The notes under the pieces are model-generated. The model saw only the letters and a list, made by a program, of their open reading frames with translations. It did no database searches and was not told the origin of the DNA. From Patescibacteria group bacterium (GTDB taxonomy: Bacteria; Patescibacteriota; Patescibacteriia; UBA10025; JAHIVO01), in NCBI GenBank assembly GCA_034678405.1, contig JAXDBW010000042.1:136-64135 (forward strand): a stretch of DNA of 64,000 bases, in the 5' to 3' direction. Positions 8,500 through 17,340 of the stretch are shown piece after piece. Made by a program: the position numbers and the translations under genes. The stretch's first letter is position 1, and every line of letters begins with the position of its first letter.

Positions 8500-9494
8500 A
8501 CTGTATCTTTCACAAATGACGCCTCAAATGCCCACTGCGTGCATTGGTCAATCTGACGCTGGGTCAGGATCTTGTTTTTCTTCAGGAGCTCCTGCTCCTG
8601 CTGGATATTAGTTCGGTACATTTCTGGACCATCAGTATTGATCGTAAACTTGATGTTGTATTTCAAATATTTTTTCACGATGGATCGAAGATCATTGATA
8701 TTACGCACCACCGAATTCTTGAGGTTTGAAGTGGGGCACATTTCGAGAGTGATGTCATTTTCAACTACCTGCTGCATGAGCTTTGGATCCTTCGTACAGA
8801 GAAATCCGTGACCGATCCGATCCGGTTTGATCTTGTTGACGACATAGCGCATCTCGGGAATGTTCCCCTCTTCACCAGTATGGATCGTTACCCCGAGGCC
8901 AGCTGTACGCGCTTGTTTGAAGAGCGGGGCGTGCTTTTTCATGGAGAATGATTTGCGCTGTGGCCCTGCCACGTCGATACCCACGATACCAAATTTCTGG
9001 TACTTAATCGCTTTCTGGAGAATAATCTTATTCTGCTTGAGCGTCAGCATCCGATCCATCATCAGGATGAGGCCAGCTTTCACCTGCGGGTACTCGAGCT
9101 GCGCCTGCTGCATGCCCCAGATAGCGGACATGATCATATGATCGAGATCTTTCTCACCGCCACGATTACGGAACATCGGATTGAATCGAAGTTCGTGCAG
9201 GACAATATTACTGGCACGATAGCCACCACCGATGACGCTCCGGACAGACTCCCGCAGTGGCTCCGGTGATGACTGGATCAGCTCCGTCCAGTGGAAGAAA
9301 TCATAGTGCATCCGGTTGAGGTTGGGATTTTTTTCATCCTCATCCATCGTGATCATTGCTTCGAAATCCCAGTAGTCTTTGCTCGGCAGTTTGACGCCCC
9401 GCTGATGCGCGATCGACCACAGCATGGGCGGTGCTACGGATGAACCGAGGTGAGCATGCAATTCAACGCGCGGTTTCGTATGATTCCGTTTCAT
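8496..9494 (-). CDS. add: Adenosine/adenine deaminase
   Basis: ELHAHL, HTGEE, RIGHG, EMCPTSN and INTDGP motifs. Confidence 0.9.
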   Translation of the reverse strand: MKRNHTKPRVELHAHLGSSVAPPMLWSIAHQRGVKLPSKDYWDFEAMITMDEDEKNPNLNRMHYDFFHWTELIQSSPEPLRESVRSVIGGGYRASNIVLHELRFNPMFRNRGGEKDLDHMIMSAIWGMQQAQLEYPQVKAGLILMMDRMLTLKQNKIILQKAIKYQKFGIVGIDVAGPQRKSFSMKKHAPLFKQARTAGLGVTIHTGEEGNIPEMRYVVNKIKPDRIGHGFLCTKDPKLMQQVVENDITLEMCPTSNLKNSVVRNINDLRSIVKKYLKYNIKFTINTDGPEMYRTNIQQEQELLKKNKILTQRQIDQCTQWAFEASFVKDTV

Positions 9495-9495
9495 A

Positions 9496-10557
9496 TTAAT
9501 AATTCGGAGCTTTCTTGCTAATAGTTATTGAGTGTGGATGCGACTCTTTCAGGCTGGCATGTGATATCTGGATAAATCGCGCTTGCCGCGGCATATCCGC
9601 AATAGTCATCGCCCCGATATAGCCCATGCCACTCTTCAGCCCGCCCACCATATGCCAGATGACGTCCTCGACCGGGCCTTTGTATGGTGTCACTGCCTCT
9701 ACGCCCTCAGGGACATACTTGGTTTTGCCTTTTTGGAAATAGCGATCACTGGATTTGCCGCCCTTCATCGCGCCCAGACTGCCCATACCGCGATACTGTT
9801 TGTATTTCTTACCGCCGATAGTAATGACTGAGCCGGGGGTTTCGGCGGTACCGGACAGCATGGAGCCGAGCATCACGGACGAAGCACCCGCGGCCAGAGC
9901 TTTCACGATGTCGCCGGAGTATTTGATGCCACCGTCGGCTATCACGGGCACCTTTTTCTGCTTTGCTACTTTTACTACATCCATGATGGCCGTGAGCTGT
10001 GGGACACCAATACCAGCCACGATGCGGGTCGTACAAATAGCGCCAGGGCCGATGCCCACCTTCAGCCCGTCAGCGATCGGCAGCAATGCTTTGGCTGCTT
10101 CGGCCGTACCGATGTTTCCCATCACCAGAGGTGTCCTGATGGCTTTTTTGATTTTTCGTGCGCTGGCCATGATCCGCGTGTGATGGGCGTGCGCGCAGTC
10201 GACGAAGATAACGGTCGCCCCGGCTTTGTCTAGCGCTGTCGCGCGCTCAATATCATGTGGTCCGACTGCCGCGCCGACTTGGACCTTCGCTTTCTTCGCT
10301 TCTCGGACCCACTTCACCTGTTGTTCGATAGTACAGTTGCGATGCAGGACGGCCATGCCCCCGAGTTTCCCGAGCGTGATAGCCATCTTCGCTTCACTCA
10401 CCGTATCCATCGCGGCTGAGAGGATCGGTACGTCCAAAAAAACCGTCTGAGTGAGACGGGTCTTGAGATTAATCCGATCACGATCCACCCCGGATTTACG
10501 TGGCTCCAGGAGCACGTCATCAAAGGTAATGCCTTGTCGGATCGCGGGAGTAGCCAT
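9496..10557 (-). CDS. guaB: IMP dehydrogenase (short form lacking CBS domains)
   Basis: [37 protein letters not shown] and VPEGVE motifs. Confidence 0.93.
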   Translation of the reverse strand: MATPAIRQGITFDDVLLEPRKSGVDRDRINLKTRLTQTVFLDVPILSAAMDTVSEAKMAITLGKLGGMAVLHRNCTIEQQVKWVREAKKAKVQVGAAVGPHDIERATALDKAGATVIFVDCAHAHHTRIMASARKIKKAIRTPLVMGNIGTAEAAKALLPIADGLKVGIGPGAICTTRIVAGIGVPQLTAIMDVVKVAKQKKVPVIADGGIKYSGDIVKALAAGASSVMLGSMLSGTAETPGSVITIGGKKYKQYRGMGSLGAMKGGKSSDRYFQKGKTKYVPEGVEAVTPYKGPVEDVIWHMVGGLKSGMGYIGAMTIADMPRQARFIQISHASLKESHPHSITISKKAPNY

Positions 10558-10699
10558 GCGGCTAATAATCTATGTTGTTAAAAATGTTGGAAACAGTATA
10601 CCACGCGTACGAGGATACGTCTACTCTACTATAAAAAGCCCCGACCTGGCAAGCCAGATCGGGGTAGTGTGTATTCCTCCTAGAGAAGTACTGATGTGG

Positions 10700-12133
10700 T
10701 TATTGACGGACGATCAGGTGTGCCCGGTCCGGACCAGTGCTGATGTACCCGTAGTGGCAACCGGCAATCTCCTCGAACGTCTCGATGTACTGGCGGGCGT
10801 TGGCTGGCAGTTTCGCGAAATCGGTCTCGCCGGTGAAATCGTCATCCCACCCCGGCAGTACGGTGTATTCAGGACGAATCTGATCCCACACTTTCGGCGA
10901 GAACGGCATCTGATTCGGGCTGACTGCTGACTGACCGAGTCGATACCCGGTCACCAGCTTCACGGTTTCCAATCCCGTCAGATAGTCGAGTTTTGTCAGC
11001 GCCATCGTGTCAGGTGCATTCACCTGGCAGAAATAGTTGGTGAAAACCGGGTCGCCCCAGCCGAGTCGACGCGGACGGCCCGACGTGGCGCCGTACTCAT
11101 TGCCGACCACCCGCAGGTACTGACCAATCTCCTGGTCACTTGCCCGGCTGGCATTGATCTTCTCACGCATCTCGGCAATCCACGCCGTGCGCTGATCCTT
11201 CGGGATGCGCTTTTCCTTGTCCGTGATGGCATAGTCGCCGAGTTCACTCGGGAACGGGCCGTTGCCGACCCGGTGAGTGATCGCCGTATCGACGCCAATC
11301 TTGTAGCCGACTGCTTCGATGGGCAATCCGGAACCGACGGTGATACCGCCAAACGTACAGAGCCCCTGGGTATTATTGCCCCAGGTGCCCCAGTACGGAT
11401 CGAGCCACATACCCTGGGCACCTTCCCAGAGGATGCGCTTATTCTGATTGCTCCAGGCATCGAACAGATACTGACGGACATCACGGACGTAGGGTCGCAT
11501 CCGTCCGGCAATCGCCGTCAGGTACTCGGTCATTTCATCCGGAGTGTAGATGTGATCGTAATCGACCTCGCCTGCTTCGTGAGATGTAGCGACGGCCGCC
11601 TGCACGTCGGGCAACTGAAATATGCCCTCAAACGAGCGGTAGAAAACCCCCAGCCACCGGCGCAGTTCATCGTCGTCAAAAATCATCGACATATGCGGAT
11701 CCAATCGCAGGCCGATTGAGCCAGCGATCGCGCACATGCCGCGGCCCGTCGTGTAGGCCTTGTTGACGCCTTTGCGATTTTCGAAGTACCACTCGAGAAT
11801 CCGGTGCCACGGCATACTGAGAAACGCTCCGGTATCCACAAACAGACCCTTGAGATCGCCTCCCCGGGAGGCAAATTCATCGACCTCTTTGATCAGCTGG
11901 TACGGATCCACTCGGACGCCCTTGGTCAGGACGCAGATCTTACCAGCTGCCGCCCCGCTCGGGAGCAAATGGCCGACAAACTTGAAATCGCCGACCGTGA
12001 TCGTATGGCCGGCGTTAGCACCACCCTCATAGCGTGCGACAATCTCAGAATCTTCGGCACACGAGTCAACGATTTTTCCCTTTCCCTCATCGCCAACCTT
12101 TGCGCCAATCACGGCCTTGTTCTGTTTCTTCAT
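10700..12133 (-). CDS. purA: Adenylosuccinate synthetase
   Basis: GDEGKGKIVD, GGANAGHT, EGAQG, RVGNGPFP, EYGATSGRPRRLGW, LTKLD and STGPDR motifs; GGAGGA SD before ATG 12133. Confidence 0.95.
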   Translation of the reverse strand: MKKQNKAVIGAKVGDEGKGKIVDSCAEDSEIVARYEGGANAGHTITVGDFKFVGHLLPSGAAAGKICVLTKGVRVDPYQLIKEVDEFASRGGDLKGLFVDTGAFLSMPWHRILEWYFENRKGVNKAYTTGRGMCAIAGSIGLRLDPHMSMIFDDDELRRWLGVFYRSFEGIFQLPDVQAAVATSHEAGEVDYDHIYTPDEMTEYLTAIAGRMRPYVRDVRQYLFDAWSNQNKRILWEGAQGMWLDPYWGTWGNNTQGLCTFGGITVGSGLPIEAVGYKIGVDTAITHRVGNGPFPSELGDYAITDKEKRIPKDQRTAWIAEMREKINASRASDQEIGQYLRVVGNEYGATSGRPRRLGWGDPVFTNYFCQVNAPDTMALTKLDYLTGLETVKLVTGYRLGQSAVSPNQMPFSPKVWDQIRPEYTVLPGWDDDFTGETDFAKLPANARQYIETFEEIAGCHYGYISTGPDRAHLIVRQ

Positions 12134-12236
12134 GCTATCCTCCAATTCAGGATTATGGGTTTGGGTATTGTCAATGTCAAAAAACCACCCCTACCTTAGG
12201 GCAGAATGCGTCACTTGTCAATCGAATATAGCCAGC

Positions 12237-12881
12237 CTAGTCGATCCGCTGGCAGCCCACACAGGTAAACTCCCCCACTCGTGTCCGCTGGAGAGCAGCA
12301 ATATATCCACCGGTCCCGAGCGCGGCGCCAATATCGCGGGCGAGCGAGCGAATGTACACGCCAGATTCACATACGACTGAGATGGCTAGCTCGGGATAGC
12401 GATAGCCAGTAATGCTAATTGATTTGATCGTGACCGTCCGCGTCCCGAGATTCATCCGTTCTCCAGCTCGCGCCCGTTCGTGAGCCCGTTTACCATGATA
12501 ATGAACAGCGCTATGCTGCGGCGGAGCTTGCTGGATAGTACCGACGAACTGCGGGAGGATGCGCTCAATCTCCTGCTGCGTCGGCGGCTGGGTCACTGAC
12601 TGAGGCGTGATCTCTCCCTCCGCGTCATCAGTCGTACTGGTCGCCCCGAGTCTGATAATGGCATGGTATTCCTTCTCCTGCTGCTGGTACTCAGCAAGTC
12701 GCCGGGTAGCCTCCCGGCCGATACCCACCACTAATACGCCCGAGGCCAGTGGGTCCAGCGTGCCGGCATGTCCGATGCGCCGCTCGCCGGTCTGGCGGCG
12801 GAGTTTGTCGATCACATCGTGCGACGTCATGCCGGATGGTTTGTAGATCGGGATGATCCCTTTGGAAATTGACTCGGTCAT
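12237..12881 (-). CDS. truB: tRNA pseudouridine(55) synthase
   Basis: KPSGMTSHD, GHAGTLDPLASG, GVYIRSLARD and LQRTRVG motifs; no PUA domain. Confidence 0.95.
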   Translation of the reverse strand: MTESISKGIIPIYKPSGMTSHDVIDKLRRQTGERRIGHAGTLDPLASGVLVVGIGREATRRLAEYQQQEKEYHAIIRLGATSTTDDAEGEITPQSVTQPPTQQEIERILPQFVGTIQQAPPQHSAVHYHGKRAHERARAGERMNLGTRTVTIKSISITGYRYPELAISVVCESGVYIRSLARDIGAALGTGGYIAALQRTRVGEFTCVGCQRID

Positions 12882-12904
12882 AGGTATTGCCTAGAATATA
12901 TCAT

Positions 12905-13615
12905 ATGCCTGACCAGCGCAATACAACCCTCCCGACCCTGATCGCCTCCGACTGGCATCTCGGGGGGCCTGACGCACAACCAAAACGCATTTTGGATACG
13001 CTCAAACGTGTGCCCTGCAGTCGCTTCATGATGCTCGGCGATATGTATAACGACCCCTCCAGCCATCGCCTGCCCGCGGATGTCCGGGCGCTCGAGGAAT
13101 TCATAAAAAATATTTCCGTTCCGAAAATATTTATCGAGGGTAATCATGACTTCCAGCACCTCAATTCATACATCCCCGACTTAGGGTTTACCCTCTACCC
13201 GCAAGACACGTACTATGCATGGGAACTTAATGGCCATCGCCATATTGCTATCCATGGACTCCAATTTGATGGGTGGGTCTTCCGCTATCCCTGGCTGACT
13301 CGTACTGCCGATCGATTCATTAATCATTTCAAGGAATGGTTCCCGCGTCTCGGGCACTATTTCGACCAGAAAGCGCGCGAACGCCCCCACAAAGTCCCCC
13401 GGATGATCCGTGGCGCGGTTGCTTTTGCCAAAAAACATGGCGCCGACCGAATCTACATCGGACACCACCACGCTCATACCTCGATTGAACGAGTAGACGG
13501 GATCGAAGTGATTAATGTCGGCTGCATGACCAATAAACCTCACGAGCAGTTCTCCTATACGCTCGAGAACCCCGACGGCCGGGTAGAATTTGTGAACGAA
13601 CCAAATCCAGCATAA
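12905..13615 (+). CDS. Calcineurin-like metallophosphoesterase (LpxH2/YbbF-like)
   Basis: SDWHLG, GD, GNHD, HG and GHHH motifs. Confidence 0.85.
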   Translation: MPDQRNTTLPTLIASDWHLGGPDAQPKRILDTLKRVPCSRFMMLGDMYNDPSSHRLPADVRALEEFIKNISVPKIFIEGNHDFQHLNSYIPDLGFTLYPQDTYYAWELNGHRHIAIHGLQFDGWVFRYPWLTRTADRFINHFKEWFPRLGHYFDQKARERPHKVPRMIRGAVAFAKKHGADRIYIGHHHAHTSIERVDGIEVINVGCMTNKPHEQFSYTLENPDGRVEFVNEPNPA

Positions 13616-13676
13616 AAAAGCTGCCACCATCCACGCGGGATAATGGCAGCGTCCTCACATCTAACCGCAGGTGCGG

Positions 13677-13817
13677 CTAGTTTTCTTCGAGATCGAGGCG
13701 TGTCAGAGGTGTCGACGAAGTCGGCGGATCGCAACATAAAAACTGTGCAGCTTCGTTTGGACTGAGCGTCCCTACTTCCTCAACGGTAACGGTCTTCAAG
13801 TCTCGGGTTTCTTCCAT
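13677..13817 (-). CDS. 46-aa acidic microprotein (not in ORF track)
   Basis: GGAGGA SD; MEETRDLKTVTVEEVGTLSPNEAAQFLCCDPPTSSTPLTRLDLEEN; upstream TTGACA and downstream hairpin plus T-run (13614-13650). Confidence 0.5.
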   Translation of the reverse strand: MEETRDLKTVTVEEVGTLSPNEAAQFLCCDPPTSSTPLTRLDLEEN

Positions 13818-14007
13818 GATGTCCTCCGGACGATTAGAATGGTGCTATTTGGTTTGGTTCTATCTCCACCGTGCCATAGAAAAATTAGGGTGTCAATGCC
13901 TTTTAGAAATGTATTTCTAACGGATTAATAACAAAACGCCCCTATGTGGGGGGTATAGCTGCAGGATACGGGCAATGATGAGATCGTCGCCCTTCTCATC
14001 CCCAATC

Positions 14008-14078
14008 CTGCGGGACCTGGATTCGAACCAGGATTACATGATTCAGAGTCATGCGTCCTACCATTAGACGATCCCGCA
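14008..14078 (-). tRNA. tRNA-Gln(CTG), CCA not encoded
   Basis: TGCGGGA TCGTCTAATGGTAGGACG CATGA-CTCTGAA-TCATG TAAT CCTGG-TTCGAAT-CCAGG TCCCGCA G. Confidence 0.95.
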
Positions 14079-14117
14079 GGATTGGGGAAGAAATATGGTT
14101 TGTAATGAAGAAAAGAT

Positions 14118-14205
14118 ATTCGCCAGGCAGAGCCTGGTCCGGCTCCGCCGGAAACCAGGATTACATGATTCAGAGTCATGCGTCCTACCATTAGACGATC
14201 CCGCA
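14118..14205 (-). pseudogene. Truncated tRNA-Gln copy with a 30-nt double-hairpin insertion in the T-loop
   Basis: Identical to the intact tRNA up to CCTGGTT, then insertion 14123-14152, then CGAAT, then unrelated sequence. Confidence 0.9.
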
Positions 14206-14252
14206 GGTCTCAGGGCGAATATATACTATCATAACTGGGTTAGCTTTTGCAG

Positions 14253-14322
14253 TACATGATTCGGAAGTCTCGAGTCCTACCATTAGAACCTGCCCTGAGC
14301 GAAGTCGTAGGGCGATCCCGCA
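14253..14322 (-). pseudogene. Degenerate tRNA-Gln 5' copy with a 25-nt REP-like insertion in the D-arm
   Basis: TGCGGGATCG[CCCTACGACTTCGCTCAGGGCAGGT, 14288-14312]TCTAATGGTAGGAC followed by a mutated anticodon arm. Confidence 0.8.
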
Positions 14323-14338
14323 ATGGTAATATCTGCAC

Positions 14339-14367
14339 ATGCTATCAAAGCGCCGTGCCAGTGTCAA
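14339..14367 (-). promoter_or_regulatory. Sigma70-type promoter for the tRNA-Gln locus
   Basis: TTGACA-17 nt-TAGCAT with an extended TG, about 16 nt upstream of the most degenerate tRNA copy. Confidence 0.6.
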
Positions 14368-14372
14368 GGATG

Positions 14373-15989
14373 TTAGTTTTCTTCGGCAATGATTTCACCA
14401 CCAAAGACGTCGACCGCCCGCTGGACAGTCGCGTGTACCGGTGGTGTCGGCTCAGCGGGGCGGATCTCATCGAAAGCGCTCGGCTCAATCACCGTCGTCC
14501 CGACGCCGAGCTGGAGCCCAAACTGATCATTTAGGATATCCTGAATCGTCGCCCGCACTGTCGGCTGACCAATGCGTTCAGCATGAAACGCGTGCTGGAA
14601 CGCAATAATTAAGCGCCCGTCCTCAATCGAGTAAGGAGCGGCTACTTTTAGTGACATACCGACCGACCGCTGCTGCTCTGAGATAGCATCAAGTATATTC
14701 GGCCACTGTTTCCGGATTTGCTCGAGACTGGCGGTGGCTTTAGTTTTTGACTTCTTGGTCGCGGGTTTAGCGGGCGTGACTGGTTTCTCGGGCTTCGGAG
14801 TAGCCGCCGGTTCCAGCGTACCGGAAGATGCTGAGGCGGTAGACGGCTGCTGCGCCGCAGGCGCTGGTGTTGATGGAGTCGCGGGTGGCATAACTCCATC
14901 GGACTCATCATCCGTCGTCAATGAAACGATGGCTAGCTCGAGTGGGAGCTGGGGTATCTGCGCAAACCGGAGCTCTTTCTCCGCGGCAACGAATGTTTCG
15001 ATCATAGTGACGAGCTGCGCCGGTGATATCTGCTGCATCATCGCTTCGAAACTGTTGCGCATATCATCATCAAACCCGTACGCCTCAAGCTCATCCTGCA
15101 GACCATGGGCTCGATACAGGAGAGCCACCCGAAGGAATTCGATAACCTCACGAGCGAAGTCCTGGAGCTGGACACCGTCCTGCATGAGTTGATTTATGAG
15201 AGTAATGCCCTCCCCGGTCTGCCGGTTAATAATGCTGGCTACCAGGGCAACTACTGACTGCGTGTTACTCTGCGGAAGAACGAGGGCGGCCTGCTCGGCG
15301 GTAATTTCCTTATCATCGAGAGTCAGGATCTGCCCGAGGAGTACCTCGGCATCACGCACTGAGCCATCGGCCCGTCGCGCAATGGTCCGGAGCACGTCGA
15401 TATCGACCTTCATCTTTTCGGCACTGACGATGTACTCCAGTCGCTCGAGTAGTTTCGGTACGGGTACCCGTTTGAAATCAAACCGTTGGCAGCGGGAAAT
15501 AATAGTTTCTGGGACGCGGTGAATCTCGGTCGTGGCGAGAATAAAGATGACGTGCCCCGGTGGTTCTTCGAGCGTCTTCAGGAGCGCGTTAAACGCGCTG
15601 GGCGATAGCATATGTACCTCATCGATGATAAACACCTTGTACGGTAACCGCTGTGGCGTAAACCGAGCATTCTCTATAATATTTTCCCGGACATTATCCA
15701 CGCCCGTATGTGAGGCTGCATCAATCTCGATCACATCAATAGACTTGCCTGAGATGATCTCCTCAGCTACGCGCTGCCGCTCATCCCCGTGCAGCGACTG
15801 GGTATTGACCGCTTGAGCAAGCAACCGGGCGGTAGTGGTCTTGCCGACACCCCGTGGACCAGAAAAAAGGTACGCGTGCGCGACCCGATTATGCTTGAGC
15901 TCATTTTGGAGCGTGTGGATTATCGGTTCCTGGCCGACGAGCTCATCAAATGATGAGGGCCGGTAGGTCCGATACAGGGCTTGGGACAT
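14373..15989 (-). CDS. dnaX: DNA polymerase III subunit gamma/tau
   Basis: ALYRTYRP, GPRGVGKTT, EIDAAS, IIDEVHML, LKTLEEPP and TIISRCQ motifs; Pro/Ala linker. Confidence 0.97.
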   Translation of the reverse strand: MSQALYRTYRPSSFDELVGQEPIIHTLQNELKHNRVAHAYLFSGPRGVGKTTTARLLAQAVNTQSLHGDERQRVAEEIISGKSIDVIEIDAASHTGVDNVRENIIENARFTPQRLPYKVFIIDEVHMLSPSAFNALLKTLEEPPGHVIFILATTEIHRVPETIISRCQRFDFKRVPVPKLLERLEYIVSAEKMKVDIDVLRTIARRADGSVRDAEVLLGQILTLDDKEITAEQAALVLPQSNTQSVVALVASIINRQTGEGITLINQLMQDGVQLQDFAREVIEFLRVALLYRAHGLQDELEAYGFDDDMRNSFEAMMQQISPAQLVTMIETFVAAEKELRFAQIPQLPLELAIVSLTTDDESDGVMPPATPSTPAPAAQQPSTASASSGTLEPAATPKPEKPVTPAKPATKKSKTKATASLEQIRKQWPNILDAISEQQRSVGMSLKVAAPYSIEDGRLIIAFQHAFHAERIGQPTVRATIQDILNDQFGLQLGVGTTVIEPSAFDEIRPAEPTPPVHATVQRAVDVFGGEIIAEEN

Positions 15990-16058
15990 ATACAAAAGCG
16001 GCGAAATCGATATAAAACGATGCGCATGTATTGTATCTCAAGTCGGACGGCCTGGCAA

Positions 16059-16694
16059 CTAGCCGAGGTCTTCGATGTCCTCGACGACCTCAGTCGCTGG
16101 GGCTTCGGCGGTGGTTGGCGCGGCCATGTCAGCCTCGGTCGGACGAGGTTCGCCCGCTTTGATGATATTTTCGACGGCCCCCCAGTCACTGGCCTGGTCT
16201 TTCGGTACCAGGAGCACTACTTCATCACCCTGTTCGCCCTTGAAATACGTCACGCTTGCGAGGAGTACCTTGTATGAGGCATCACCCACAATGACGCGGT
16301 ATTCATCGGTGGTCTCATCTTTCGCGAGGATGCCGACCACACGCTGGCGGTCGACCGGACCGATCTGTTTGTACATAAACGTCCCATCACCGGTAATGGT
16401 GAGTTTCAGTGTATCACCGACGACGAGTTTTGACTTCGAGGCGTAGTTGGCGGGCACGCTGTATTGTTTCCCATCTGGCCCTACCATGTTTTGCCCATCG
16501 AAGATACCCTCGATGATTTTCTCATCGGCGTTTGATGACATGCTCCCGACGGCTTGCGCCTTCGAGGAAAGCTCACTGATGCTATCATCGTCACCAGCGA
16601 CCTGTGCCAAAAGCTGCCGCGCACTCTCGAGTGAGACATGGGCGGCTTCCACCAGTTTTTTGACTTGTTGGAGTTTATTTTGTTTTGCGGCCAT
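16059..16694 (-). CDS. Conserved hypothetical protein (CPR-type, OB-like beta domain)
   Basis: N-terminal coiled segment; IIEGIFDGQNM...YSVPANYASKSKLVVGD. Confidence 0.75.
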   Translation of the reverse strand: MAAKQNKLQQVKKLVEAAHVSLESARQLLAQVAGDDDSISELSSKAQAVGSMSSNADEKIIEGIFDGQNMVGPDGKQYSVPANYASKSKLVVGDTLKLTITGDGTFMYKQIGPVDRQRVVGILAKDETTDEYRVIVGDASYKVLLASVTYFKGEQGDEVVLLVPKDQASDWGAVENIIKAGEPRPTEADMAAPTTAEAPATEVVEDIEDLG

Positions 16695-16805
16695 ATGTGT
16701 GTTTCGCGTGGGTAAAAACCCTTTGTTTTGCGGTTGATTATTGTTTTTATGCAGCGGTACCAGTGTACCCTAGATACCGCGCTCAGTCAATATATACGAG
16801 ACTAC

Positions 16806-17339
16806 TCACGACACCTCATACATATAGATCGGAATTCGCTGATCACTTGGTTTGTTCACTGTCGTCGGCACCCACTCGGGAATAGCAAAACTATAGGAAA
16901 TAACTTTAGTTCCTGGTTTCAGCTCCCGTTTAAATTTTGGTCCCAGTTTGGCCATGGCTTTCGGCGTCAAGAAACAAAAAATAACCGTGGCCTGTCCGAG
17001 GTCGCGCTGGTAGAAATCAGCAAAGCGAATTTCAACTTGCCGAGATAGGCCGAGCAGGAGAATGTTGAGCCGCGACCAGAGATACGGTAAGAAAGATACC
17101 TCATACCCACAAAACGTAGCCGTAGAATTATGCGCCATGCCAATCAAGACACGCCCATCTCCCGACCCTAAATCATACACGACATCACTATCGTGAATAT
17201 CGGCGAGCTGGATAATACGTTTAATATCCTTTTTGAAAACCGGCAGCCACGGCGCAGCCTTCACCCCGGCATACGCCGCCGTGCCGAGAACCACCACGCT
17301 ACCAACAAATAATGCTGCGGCTGTAATACTGCCAGACAT
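16806..17339 (-). CDS. Membrane-anchored class I SAM-dependent methyltransferase (FAM173-like)
   Basis: TM helix, then APWLP, YDLGSGDGR, KFKRELKPG and ISYSF motifs. Confidence 0.85.
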   Translation of the reverse strand: MSGSITAAALFVGSVVVLGTAAYAGVKAAPWLPVFKKDIKRIIQLADIHDSDVVYDLGSGDGRVLIGMAHNSTATFCGYEVSFLPYLWSRLNILLLGLSRQVEIRFADFYQRDLGQATVIFCFLTPKAMAKLGPKFKRELKPGTKVISYSFAIPEWVPTTVNKPSDQRIPIYMYEVS

Positions 17340-17340
17340 A

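Noticed and set aside
16059-16694. Ribosomal protein L7/L12 label I recall being given to similar proteins
   Set aside because: No L7/L12 C-terminal motifs are present and the gene is not in an rplJ context.
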